Source: Desulfobulbus propionicus DSM 2032 (GTDB taxonomy: Bacteria > Desulfobacterota > Desulfobulbia > Desulfobulbales > Desulfobulbaceae). Taken from it: a stretch of 32,000 nucleotides of DNA. How positions within the stretch are numbered: position 1 is the stretch's first letter; the number at the start of each line of letters is the position of its first letter. The stretch spans positions 2,100,001 to 2,132,000 of the forward strand of contig NC_014972.1 of assembly GCF_000186885.1 (NCBI RefSeq). Reading direction: 5' to 3'. The position numbers and the translations under genes were made by a program. Below, piece after piece: positions 20,567 to 29,021 of the stretch. The notes beneath the pieces are model-generated. The model saw only the letters and a program-made list of their open reading frames with translations, did not search any database and was not told the origin of the DNA.

Positions 20567-21838
20567 TTAACGTATCAGGTTCACCAGTTCGTCCAGCATC
20601 TCGTTGGTGGTGGTGATGACCTTGGAATTGGCGGAGTAGGCGTTCTGGATGGTGATCAGATCGACGAATTCCGTGGCCAGATCGACGTTGGAAAGTTCCA
20701 GCGCCTGGGTGATCAGGGTCCCCTGGGAGGCGCCGGGGTAGCCGATGGTCGGCGTGCCCGACTCGCCGGTCTCCCGGTACAGACTGCTGCCCACCGCATC
20801 GAGGCCGTCGCTGTTAATGAAGGTGGCCAGGGCGATCATCGCCACCGGGATGGTCTCGCCGTTGGAATACACGGCGCTGACCGTGCCGTCGGCGGCGATA
20901 TCGACATCCGTGACCTCGCCGGAAGCGTAGCCATCCTGATCCTGGGAAAAGACCGTGGAATCGCTATCGAACTGGGTGGTGTCAAAGACATAGGCGAGCT
21001 GTTGCGTCTGGTCGGCGCCGTTGGCCCAGGTGAGGATGCCGCTGGTGGTAGTGCCGGTGCTGCCGGTGGACAGGTTGCCGTCCTGGTCGAACACCAGGGT
21101 GCCACTGCCGATGATTTCGAGCACGCCGCTGGTGCCGCCGGTCAGGTCCGCGCCGTCCACGGTCAGGTTCCAGTTCCACGTCTGGTCGTTGACCTTGGTG
21201 AAATAGCAGGTGAGCAGATGGGCAGTGCCCAATGAGTCGTAGACGGTGGTGGTGGTGGCGTAGTTGGAGGTGTCTTCCGGCGCGGTGCTGTCGAACACAC
21301 CGGCATTGAGCACCTCCGAGTTGGAATCGAGATTGGTTTGCAGGGTGACGTTTTCCGTCCGCTTGGCTTTGATCTGCGACACCAGATCCACCTGGATGTC
21401 GCTCAAATTGCCGCTGGCGAGCACGCCGTTGGCGTTATAGGTCGAGCCCTGTACCCGATAGCCGTCGGCGGTCACCAAATAACCGTCGTCGTCAAAACTG
21501 AAGTTGCCGTTGCGGGTGTAGAGGCTGGTGTCGCTCAGGGGATCGCCGACGATGAAGAAGCCGCTGCCCTCGATGGCGATGTCGGTGGCGCTCTCCGTGG
21601 ACTCGAAGCCGCCCTGACTGAAGCTGGTCTGGACGGTCTGCACCTGCGAGCCGCGCCCGACCTGGGAATTGCCGCTGGAGCTGGCGATGTTGGCCGACAG
21701 CAGGTCCGAGAAAACGGTTGAGCTGGTCTTGAAACCAACGGTACTGCTGTTGGCGATGTTGTTGCCGGTGACGGTCATGGCCTGCGAACTGCCTTGCAGG
21801 CCGCTGATCGCCGTGAAGAGCGCGCTGGAAAGTCCCAT
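20567..21838 (-). CDS. flgE: Flagellar hook protein FlgE
   Basis: MGLSSALFTAISGLQGSSQAMTVTGNNIANSSTVGFKTS...; IAIEGSGFFIV; TRNGNFSFDDDGYLV; C-terminal LSNVDLATEFVDLITIQNAYSANSKVITTTNEMLDELVNLIR. Confidence 0.96.
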   Translation of the reverse strand: MGLSSALFTAISGLQGSSQAMTVTGNNIANSSTVGFKTSSTVFSDLLSANIASSSGNSQVGRGSQVQTVQTSFSQGGFESTESATDIAIEGSGFFIVGDPLSDTSLYTRNGNFSFDDDGYLVTADGYRVQGSTYNANGVLASGNLSDIQVDLVSQIKAKRTENVTLQTNLDSNSEVLNAGVFDSTAPEDTSNYATTTTVYDSLGTAHLLTCYFTKVNDQTWNWNLTVDGADLTGGTSGVLEIIGSGTLVFDQDGNLSTGSTGTTTSGILTWANGADQTQQLAYVFDTTQFDSDSTVFSQDQDGYASGEVTDVDIAADGTVSAVYSNGETIPVAMIALATFINSDGLDAVGSSLYRETGESGTPTIGYPGASQGTLITQALELSNVDLATEFVDLITIQNAYSANSKVITTTNEMLDELVNLIR

Positions 21839-22189
21839 TGTTCCTCCGTTGCCCCGGTTCCCCTGGCGGACATCCTTCGTGGCTGTCCGCCAAGCGGCCG
21901 GGTTCCGCCAAGGTGACCGACCTGCTGTCGGCCCTGAGCGCGTCCGTGCATGCCTCGCCGCTCCTTCCTGGAACGTTCCTGTCCAAATTCAGGAGGTGCA
22001 GAACAATTCATCTGACAAGGCCGCCCTTCCCTGGCGGGTGTCGCCCTCATCTCCCTGTCAGGGTATCGGCTGGAGAACATTATATTTTTTATTGTGATTT
22101 CGTAACATTACCCACCAATTACGTGACAGTTGGTTACCAAACGATGCGGATGTAACATCCTGTTGATCCCCTCTGGCCGGCACGGCAAA

Positions 22190-22231
22190 AAAAAGAGCGG
22201 CACTCCTTGACCAACGGAGTGCCGCTCTTTG
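22190..22231 (-). terminator. Strong rho-independent terminator downstream of the OmpR-like gene
   Basis: Perfect 14-bp stem AAGAGCGGCACTCC (22193-22206) / GGAGTGCCGCTCTT (22216-22229), 9-nt loop, flanked by an A-tract that reads as a U-tract on the minus strand. Confidence 0.9.
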
Positions 22232-22318
22232 CAGAAAAATCGATTAGTTAGACTGTTACGACAAAAATATCATCATTTGGCTGAATATCGCCGTCCCGAA
22301 AAAGGGACCGAGGGGGAT

Positions 22319-23017
22319 TCAGTGCTCGGCGGCAAACAAGTAGCCGGTACCGCGCACGGTCTTGATCACGGTCGCGAGGTTGGAATACGGGGCCATCTTC
22401 GAGCGAATGCGGGCGACATACATGTCGATGGAACGATCGTAGCCATTGTATTCGATGCCGAAGACCGCCTTGTACAGATGGTCCCGATCCAGGGTGGTGC
22501 AGGCGTTGTTCGCCAAGTGCCAGAGCAGATCGAATTCCCGGGAGGTAAAGGGAATCTCCTCGCCCAGATAGGAGGCCCGGCGCAGGCCACGGTTGATTTC
22601 GAGGCCGTTGAACAGCAGGTTTTCCGGGGTGGGCCGGCGGCCGTTGCGGCGAAACAGGGCGCGGATACGGGCCAACATCAGCAGATGATTGACCGGCTTG
22701 ACCAGGAGATCGTCAACCCCCTGTTCATAGAGCAGTACCTGAAGCATGTCGTCGATCTGCTCGATCAGCAGCATCAGCGGCCCGGTATACACCGACCTGA
22801 CACGAGGAAAGGTTGACAGCTCTTCCAGGCTGAACCTGCCTCGGTCAAAAACCAACAGTTCGGCACCGCGCAGATCCCCCCCATCGAGAGCCTCGTGGTT
22901 TCCGTTGCGGACCTCGACGGCAAATTCTTCCTGCCGCAAGGTATCGATCAGCGGCCGGGCCCCTGATTCGTTCATGGTGACAAACACAATGGAATGGCGG
23001 GGTTCGTTGACCTTCAT
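22319..23017 (-). CDS. OmpR/PhoB-type winged-helix regulator with degenerate receiver domain
   Basis: C-terminal EIPFTSREFDLLWHLANNACTTLDRDHLYKAVFGIEYNGYDRSIDMYVARIRSKM...IKTVRGTGYLF is Trans_reg_C. The N-terminal receiver fold retains YEQGVDDLLVKPVNHLLMLARIRALFRR. Confidence 0.93.
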   Translation of the reverse strand: MKVNEPRHSIVFVTMNESGARPLIDTLRQEEFAVEVRNGNHEALDGGDLRGAELLVFDRGRFSLEELSTFPRVRSVYTGPLMLLIEQIDDMLQVLLYEQGVDDLLVKPVNHLLMLARIRALFRRNGRRPTPENLLFNGLEINRGLRRASYLGEEIPFTSREFDLLWHLANNACTTLDRDHLYKAVFGIEYNGYDRSIDMYVARIRSKMAPYSNLATVIKTVRGTGYLFAAEH

Positions 23018-23223
23018 GACTGTCCATCCTCAAAGCGGCGCGGGCGATATATCCATGAGATATGGGGCATCTCCGCGCGGGGTAGTATTCATCGGTGTTC
23101 CTCTGCCGTCTCCGCCCATCATACGAGGGAATGACGGCTTTTTCTGTAAAGTAATCGTTAAGCTGTGCAAAATTTCGTTACACACCAGCCGCGGATCGGC
23201 GGCACGTTCCACGAACGGGAGAA

Positions 23224-23262
23224 CAAAAAAAGCCGAGGTCAACGCGAGCGCGTCGCCTCGGC
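23224..23262 (-). terminator. Predicted rho-independent terminator downstream of fliD
   Basis: GCCGAGG (23232-23238) pairs with CCTCGGC (23256-23262); the adjacent A-tract on + reads as a U-tract on the minus strand. Confidence 0.7.
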
Positions 23263-23290
23263 GCGAGCAGTCCTTGGCATGCCGAGCAGG

Positions 23291-24577
23291 TCAATCGGAG
23301 GAGTTGTAGCTTGCAAAGAAACTGGTCAGATAATCTCCCTGGGAATTGAGACTGCTGATCAGGGTTTCCATGGCGGAAAACTGGGCTTCCAGGGTTTCCT
23401 GCCGCTTTTCCAGCCGCGTTTCCATGGCGGTGATCCGATCGTCCAGATCAGAAATCTGTTTCTCGATCGAAGTTTCCTTGGTCACGAGAAAACCGCTGGT
23501 GGCGTCGAGCTGTTCGGTCAAATATTCGTCCAATCTGTTCATCATGCCCTCGCTGTCGTCATCTCCCAGCAAGGCGGTCGTGACCCTCCCGGAATCCTTG
23601 GCATAGGCATCGCTGAAGGTATCGCTGTCAAAACTCAATTCTCCGGTTTCCCAATCCGTGGAAAGCCCCAGGGCGACCAGATCGCCGCCGGTCAGATAGT
23701 TGCGCAGGCTGCGCTGCACTGTTTTCATCGAATTGGCCAGGGTGGAATCGGATGCGTAGATGGTGTCGATGTAGGTGTTGATGGCATTGTAGGCCTCGAC
23801 CATCGCCTGCAGTTGGGTGGCGATCACCTCTTCGGCGTCGGAGGCGATGCTGACGTTGTCGGCGCTGTCGTCGCTGACGGCAAGCAGGGTGATGGTCGAC
23901 CCCTTGATCGCATTGGTGACCGTGTTGCTGGAACTGTAGTAATCGACCCCATCCACCACCAGATGGGCCTTGGTGCCCGTCACCGCGTGCCCGTTGGCCG
24001 CCGTGTCCAGTTCGACGCTGCCGGTTCCGCTGATGGCAATTTCCTCGCCTGCGGTGTCGGCGGTCAGCATCAACCGATAGCCGCCACCCGTGCCGTCATC
24101 GATGATCGAGGCGGTGACGCCGTAGTCGCCCTCATTGAGCAGATCGACGAGGTCGCTGAGCGTGACGTTGTCATAGTCGAGAGTTTCGCCGCCGATCTCC
24201 AGGGAACCGCTTAAGGCGGTGGTATCGGTGTCGACGATGTAATTGGTGCCGACATCCTTTTGCTGCTGGGCCAGACTGACGATCTCCACCGCATAGGTGC
24301 CTTCGTTGGCCAGGCTGGTGGTGCTGATGGTGAAATACTCCGAGCCGTTGTTGGTCACTTCGAAGGAGTTGAGGTCGTTTTCATCGTTGAGCCCCGTGAC
24401 CGAGGCATAGAAACTATCGAGCAGGGTATTGAACTCGGTGTAGGTGTCCAGCTTGGTTTCCAGATAGGTCTGGGTGTTTTCCATCGTAGTGATGGGCGCG
24501 CTTTCGATCTCGATGAGGGACTCGATGATCGAGGCCGTATCGATGCCGCTGGCCAGGCCGGAAAATGTGACGGACAT
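23291..24577 (-). CDS. fliD: Flagellar hook-associated protein 2 / filament cap (FliD)
   Basis: MSVTFSGLASGIDTASIIESLIEIESAPITTMENTQTYLETKLDTYTEFNTLL at the N-terminus; C-terminal SGFLVTKETSIEKQISDLDDRITAMETRLEKRQETLEAQFSAMETLISSLNSQGDYL. Confidence 0.94.
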   Translation of the reverse strand: MSVTFSGLASGIDTASIIESLIEIESAPITTMENTQTYLETKLDTYTEFNTLLDSFYASVTGLNDENDLNSFEVTNNGSEYFTISTTSLANEGTYAVEIVSLAQQQKDVGTNYIVDTDTTALSGSLEIGGETLDYDNVTLSDLVDLLNEGDYGVTASIIDDGTGGGYRLMLTADTAGEEIAISGTGSVELDTAANGHAVTGTKAHLVVDGVDYYSSSNTVTNAIKGSTITLLAVSDDSADNVSIASDAEEVIATQLQAMVEAYNAINTYIDTIYASDSTLANSMKTVQRSLRNYLTGGDLVALGLSTDWETGELSFDSDTFSDAYAKDSGRVTTALLGDDDSEGMMNRLDEYLTEQLDATSGFLVTKETSIEKQISDLDDRITAMETRLEKRQETLEAQFSAMETLISSLNSQGDYLTSFFASYNSSD

Positions 24578-25061
24578 GACGATTACCTCCTGTGCATTGC
24601 GCTGCTCCAGAGAAGGGAGCAGCTGTTCCTGGGAAAGTATCGCCCATACCTGGCGCGTATTTTATGGGGAAACGGTCAAAATCGTGGCTGTTGTGTCGCG
24701 AAAAAATAGCAACGTGCTGCATGGGTAACAACAGGTTGCACGGCTACCTGCTCGACGGCGAAGAGAGCATTCGCGTCAATGAATCGAAAAGACGAACAAG
24801 GGGTGCTCGATGGATGAGCAGCGGTGTGCATGGCGGCAACGCGGGATAAACGTTCTATCCCCCGTGTCTTGTCGGATACAGGACAACTTGAAAACGAATT
24901 GAAATGAGCGGCAGGACCAGCCTGGAAGACGGGTGTTCGAAGAATTGTGCGAGAGGAGGGGTGCGGGATGGAAACGACGCCCCGCGGCCAGCGGAGGGAG
25001 AAGCCGACATCGGCAACCTCCCCCATCTCGCGGCGACCGGCGGGATGGGGGAGGAAAAGGA

Positions 25062-26420
25062 TCAGAATTTAACGCACCCGAACAGCATCATGTACGACCA
25101 GTTGTCGTCACCGCCGGTAAGTTGCCGTGCCGCGTCATCCGGATTGGCGATGGCGCCGACCAGGGACAGCGACAGGTTGTCGTTGACCGCCCAGTCGACG
25201 ATCAGATTGTACTCGTCGGCATAGTCGTCGCTGGTCAGGCCGTCGGCCTCGTGAACCATGAATTGATAATAGATCAGGTTGACGGTCACCGGATCGATCG
25301 GCTGCACCTTCAAGCGCAGCATGTGGGAATCCAGATTTTCGTTCCACAAGGCGTATTCACCCAGAATCTCGCCCTGATACCAGCTGCCCCAATCCGACGA
25401 ACCATAGAAGAGGGAATCATACTCCTCGTCAAAGCTTGCATAGCGGTAGGAAAGAGTCGGTTTCCACGCAAGGGTCTCGAACTGGTAACTGGCGGTGAGA
25501 TGCCAGGCATTGCCGTTTCCGTAGCTGGTCCCCGCATCGCTATTGGCATCCTCATGCACGTATTCCGCATCGAACCGCAACGGTTTCAGGGCCGCGATCC
25601 CGTCGGCAAAGGCAAAGGGATGGATGCCGCCACGAATGTCGTACACCTGCATGGAATCCCGTTTTCCCATGTCGGAGTCGATCGAATAGAATCCGCCGCC
25701 GAGCGAGGCGACGTTTTCCACCGCGTATTCCACGTTGGCGCCACCAACCTTGGTATCCGATTCCGCACGGTCATCGGCTTGAAAATAGACCAGGTCGCCG
25801 GACCAGTTACCGCTCTTCATGCGTATAATGCCGGCATATTCGGCGCTGTTGCGGCCGCCGATCCAGTACGCGGCTCGATTGTATCCCGCATAACCTTCAT
25901 TGGAGAAGAGAAAGCCGTCGCCAAGAACGTACCGCTGGCGGCCAAAGGAGATATCGAGGAAATCCTCGCCCAGGGAACTGAACAGGTTGCCCGAGCGCCA
26001 ACCGGCATAGGCGTTGTCAATGCGCAGATCATCGACATCGCCGTATTCGACGTTGGTGCCGCCGGCATCGATGCCGCCAAAGGTGTTGGCCTGCACCGCG
26101 TCGATCCTGCCGTAGAGGGTCTGGGTACTGGGCAGGGTGAAGCTGGCTTCGAGGCCGGGACGAATGAGGGATTCCCACCAGGAATCCGATTTTTTACCCA
26201 GATTGTCTTCCGATTTGCCGAACCAGGAGTTGTCCTGAGTGAAAAAACCGAGGTTGGCTTCAAGGGTCACCTTGGCATAACTGCCGTTTTCTCCGGTATA
26301 AAACTGGAGGGGGCTGGTTTGCTCGGCGTCATCGGCCTGGGCATTGCCGGCCATCAGCGTGGCTGACAGCAGGAGGGAGGCGCAGGCTGCCGTGAGCTGG
26401 AATGTGGAATGGTGGTTCAT
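25062..26420 (-). CDS. Outer-membrane beta-barrel protein (alginate-export-like fold)
   Basis: Signal peptide (LTAACASLLLSATLMAGNAQA), GRQRYVLGDGFLFSNEGY...YNRAAYW, alternating amphipathic strands and a terminal aromatic residue (MMLFGCVKF). Confidence 0.75.
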   Translation of the reverse strand: MNHHSTFQLTAACASLLLSATLMAGNAQADDAEQTSPLQFYTGENGSYAKVTLEANLGFFTQDNSWFGKSEDNLGKKSDSWWESLIRPGLEASFTLPSTQTLYGRIDAVQANTFGGIDAGGTNVEYGDVDDLRIDNAYAGWRSGNLFSSLGEDFLDISFGRQRYVLGDGFLFSNEGYAGYNRAAYWIGGRNSAEYAGIIRMKSGNWSGDLVYFQADDRAESDTKVGGANVEYAVENVASLGGGFYSIDSDMGKRDSMQVYDIRGGIHPFAFADGIAALKPLRFDAEYVHEDANSDAGTSYGNGNAWHLTASYQFETLAWKPTLSYRYASFDEEYDSLFYGSSDWGSWYQGEILGEYALWNENLDSHMLRLKVQPIDPVTVNLIYYQFMVHEADGLTSDDYADEYNLIVDWAVNDNLSLSLVGAIANPDDAARQLTGGDDNWSYMMLFGCVKF

Positions 26421-26640
26421 TGACTTGATCTCTCCTTGAGTGGGTGAACGTGACGCGGTGTGCGAAGTCGGGCTGCGTACATGGAACTCCGCAGCTGAAC
26501 ATGAATAGCCAATGTTAATTATCCGCTTTAATACCGGTTAATTAAAAGCCAAAAACATGCGTTGCCATTGAAAAAAACAGGCACAATACCACACTGGCGT
26601 CATCGTCACAAGAGACAAAAAAATGGAGAGAGACGGCACC

Positions 26641-27321
26641 TCAGCGACAGAACAGTTCCAGCAGATGCCTGTCCTCGTTGGCTGCGGGGGGAACGTATGC
26701 CAAGGGGTCCACCGGATCCCGGGAGGAGATCGGCGTCGGCAGCATGTCCTGACGACTGGCGAACAGATCGAGAAACAGGTCGCAGAGATCGGGGTGAAAC
26801 TGGGTGCCTCGGTTGCGCTCGATTTCCACGAACGCCTGTTCCACGGTCAGAGCCGATTTGTAGGGCCGGAAGGTGGTCATGGCGTCAAAAGAATCGGCCA
26901 GGGCAATGATCGCCGATTCCAGGGGAATTTGATCGTGACGGAGGTTGTCCGGATATCCCTTGCCATCGAACCGTTCATGGTGGTGGCGGATAATGGCGCC
27001 CAGTTTTTCCAGTCCGGGCAGGTTGTCAAAAATAGAGGCACCGATCACCGCATGCTGCTGCATCACCTGGTATTCGGCCGGACTCAACTTGCCCGACTTC
27101 ATCAGGATGCCCTCGGCGATGCCGATCTTGCCGATATCATGAAGGTGCCCCAGCACATGGATAGAATCGCAGTGTTCTTTCGACAGATGCAGTCCCTTGC
27201 CAATCAGTTCGGCGATCTCGGAAACCCTCCGTGAATGGCCAGCGGTGTACACATCCTTGATTTCGATGGTCCGGGTCAGACTTTCAATGAACAGGTGAAA
27301 ATCAATGTTATTCAAACAGGC
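26641..27321 (-). CDS. Stand-alone HD-GYP domain phosphohydrolase (putative c-di-GMP phosphodiesterase)
   Basis: Start refined from 27375 to MACLNNIDF. TAGHSRRVSEIAELIG, HLHDIGKIGI, HHHERFDGKGYP and ALADSFDAMTT are HD-GYP signatures. Confidence 0.9.
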   Translation of the reverse strand, partial: ACLNNIDFHLFIESLTRTIEIKDVYTAGHSRRVSEIAELIGKGLHLSKEHCDSIHVLGHLHDIGKIGIAEGILMKSGKLSPAEYQVMQQHAVIGASIFDNLPGLEKLGAIIRHHHERFDGKGYPDNLRHDQIPLESAIIALADSFDAMTTFRPYKSALTVEQAFVEIERNRGTQFHPDLCDLFLDLFASRQDMLPTPISSRDPVDPLAYVPPAANEDRHLLELFCR

Positions 27322-27411
27322 CATGCGGTTCTCCGCGCCCAAGCGCGCACAATGAAAAACAACACTCCGGGACAAAGGCGGCGCTTCTCCCGGAGTGCAC
27401 TATGGGTGAGA

Positions 27412-28686
27412 TTAAAATTCGTAGGTCAGGCGGGTGGTGAAGCCGTAGCCGTCCTCGTCGGTGCCGCCGTCGGCCACGGCATAATCCTCGTCGATATAGT
27501 ATTCGAGGCTCACGGTGGTGCCGTCGAAAATATGCATCGACGTGGCGGCCATATACCGGTGTTCCGGCAGTTCCAGGGCGAGCGCTTCCCAGGTTTTCTG
27601 GTAGCCGAGGGCAAACACGGTTTCCTTGTCGAGAATGGCGGTGGTGTAGGCCAACTCGCTGTTCCAGGCCGCCGGTTCGGCGCCGTTCGCGCCAAAGGCG
27701 ATTTCCGCGGCGTCAAAACTGTCCAGGGCAGTGATGTATTCGGTGATCAAGGAGAAGGCCCGGTATTTGCCGCCCAGATTGAGGCTCAAGCCCGGCACCT
27801 GATCGGTGACCGAAAAAACAGAAGCATCTTCGAGGAAATCGGTGATCGTGCTCGAATCCGCGATATTATTCACCCAGGCAACGCCGGCGTTGACCCCCCT
27901 GTCCTCCTGCTCGTAGCTGTAAGCCAGCGAGGCGCCGAAGCCGTTGATGCTGTCGTTGTCGTCGTCGGCCGGATCGCTGTTTTCATTCATGCCGTTGTAG
28001 CTGAACACGGTGGCCGTGATGCCGTTCTGCTCATAGCCGGCAATCACGCCCTTGGGATTGATTTCGCCAAGAGTTTGGGTCAACGGATCTTGGATCATGT
28101 TGGTCGAAAAATCGCCAAACGGCGCAAAGATTTTGCCGCCGGTGAGGAAGAAGGGAAACTCCTCGGTTTTGCCCAGGGTGATGTGGGCCTCGTCCAGATA
28201 GAACCGGTCCTCGTCATCACCGTCGTAATCGATCACGATTTTACCGGTGGCCCAGTCGGTCACCTTGACATCCATGATCAGTTCCACGGTGTCGAGGACA
28301 AACTCGCTGGAATGGTCCTTTTGAAAATCCTTGCCCAACTTGTAGTCGCCCTCGATCGATCCGCTCAGGCTGACAAACTCGTTGATGTTCGGCCCGCCGC
28401 TCTTCTCCTTGACCTGACGGGCGACCTCTGCTTCGATCATCGATTTATGCCGAACCTGCTCCTCCTCGGAGACGGCTCGATCGGCAGCGGGCTGGGCCTG
28501 GACGTTTTTTTCCATTTCTGAGATTCGCTGGCTGAGCTGCTGGTTCTGCTGCATCAACTGCTGGACCTGCTGCTTGAGTTGCTCGATTTCAGCCGCCGAT
28601 GAGGCGGCCTGGGCAGGCAGGACGTTGAGCAGGCACAGCATGCCCGCCGTGGCCACGGCAAGGGGCCGGTTCAGTGTTTTGATCAT
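27412..28686 (-). CDS. LbtU-like siderophore porin / outer-membrane porin with N-terminal coiled coil
   Basis: Signal peptide, coiled coil IEQLKQQVQQLMQQNQQLSQRISEMEKN, FFLTGGKIFAPFGDFSTNMIQDPLTQTLGEINPKGVIAGYEQNG, C-terminal YGFTTRLTYEF barrel end. Assignment to LbtU is by recalled similarity and Feo context. Confidence 0.7.
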   Translation of the reverse strand: MIKTLNRPLAVATAGMLCLLNVLPAQAASSAAEIEQLKQQVQQLMQQNQQLSQRISEMEKNVQAQPAADRAVSEEEQVRHKSMIEAEVARQVKEKSGGPNINEFVSLSGSIEGDYKLGKDFQKDHSSEFVLDTVELIMDVKVTDWATGKIVIDYDGDDEDRFYLDEAHITLGKTEEFPFFLTGGKIFAPFGDFSTNMIQDPLTQTLGEINPKGVIAGYEQNGITATVFSYNGMNENSDPADDDNDSINGFGASLAYSYEQEDRGVNAGVAWVNNIADSSTITDFLEDASVFSVTDQVPGLSLNLGGKYRAFSLITEYITALDSFDAAEIAFGANGAEPAAWNSELAYTTAILDKETVFALGYQKTWEALALELPEHRYMAATSMHIFDGTTVSLEYYIDEDYAVADGGTDEDGYGFTTRLTYEF

Positions 28687-28786
28687 GGCTTGTTTCCTTG
28701 TGCAAAAGTGTTATGAATAAAAATTTTGTAACATACAAAAAATTGTTGAATAATACGGAACGGTTCCAAAGACAATGGAAAAATGC

Positions 28787-29008
28787 TCAGCCGATCCACT
28801 CATAAAACTCCAGGGTGGAAGGGTCGCATGTGCAGCACCCCTTGCAGGCAGTTGCGTGGTCATCGCTTCTGCGGACCTTGCCCTTGGTTATCCAGACGTT
28901 GAGCAATGGCCGAAGGGTTTCGACATCGACATTGAAATGGATGGCCGCGTCCCGCAGCGGTGTGATGTTGCGTTGGCGGAGATAATTCTTGAGTTGAATG
29001 AGATCCAT
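28787..29008 (-). CDS. FeoC-like winged-helix protein with C-terminal cysteines
   Basis: Start refined from 29068 to MDLIQLKNYLRQRNITPLRDAAIHFNVDVETLRPLLNVWITKGKVRR. CKGCCTCDPSTLEFYEW tail; immediately downstream of feoB. Confidence 0.8.
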   Translation of the reverse strand: MDLIQLKNYLRQRNITPLRDAAIHFNVDVETLRPLLNVWITKGKVRRSDDHATACKGCCTCDPSTLEFYEWIG

Positions 29009-29021
29009 GAGCCTGCCTCCG

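Noticed and set aside
24260-24849. ORFs (149 aa and 85 aa, +) upstream of and antisense to the fliD start
   Set aside because: Neither shows a domain or plausible start context; the first overlaps the well-supported fliD N-terminus.
24933-26366. 477-aa ORF on + antisense to the outer-membrane barrel gene
   Set aside because: The minus-strand product has a signal peptide and barrel pattern; the plus product looks like a shadow translation.
27235-28521. 428-aa ORF on + antisense to the LbtU-like porin gene
   Set aside because: Mirror ORF produced by codon bias; no start-site context or domain.
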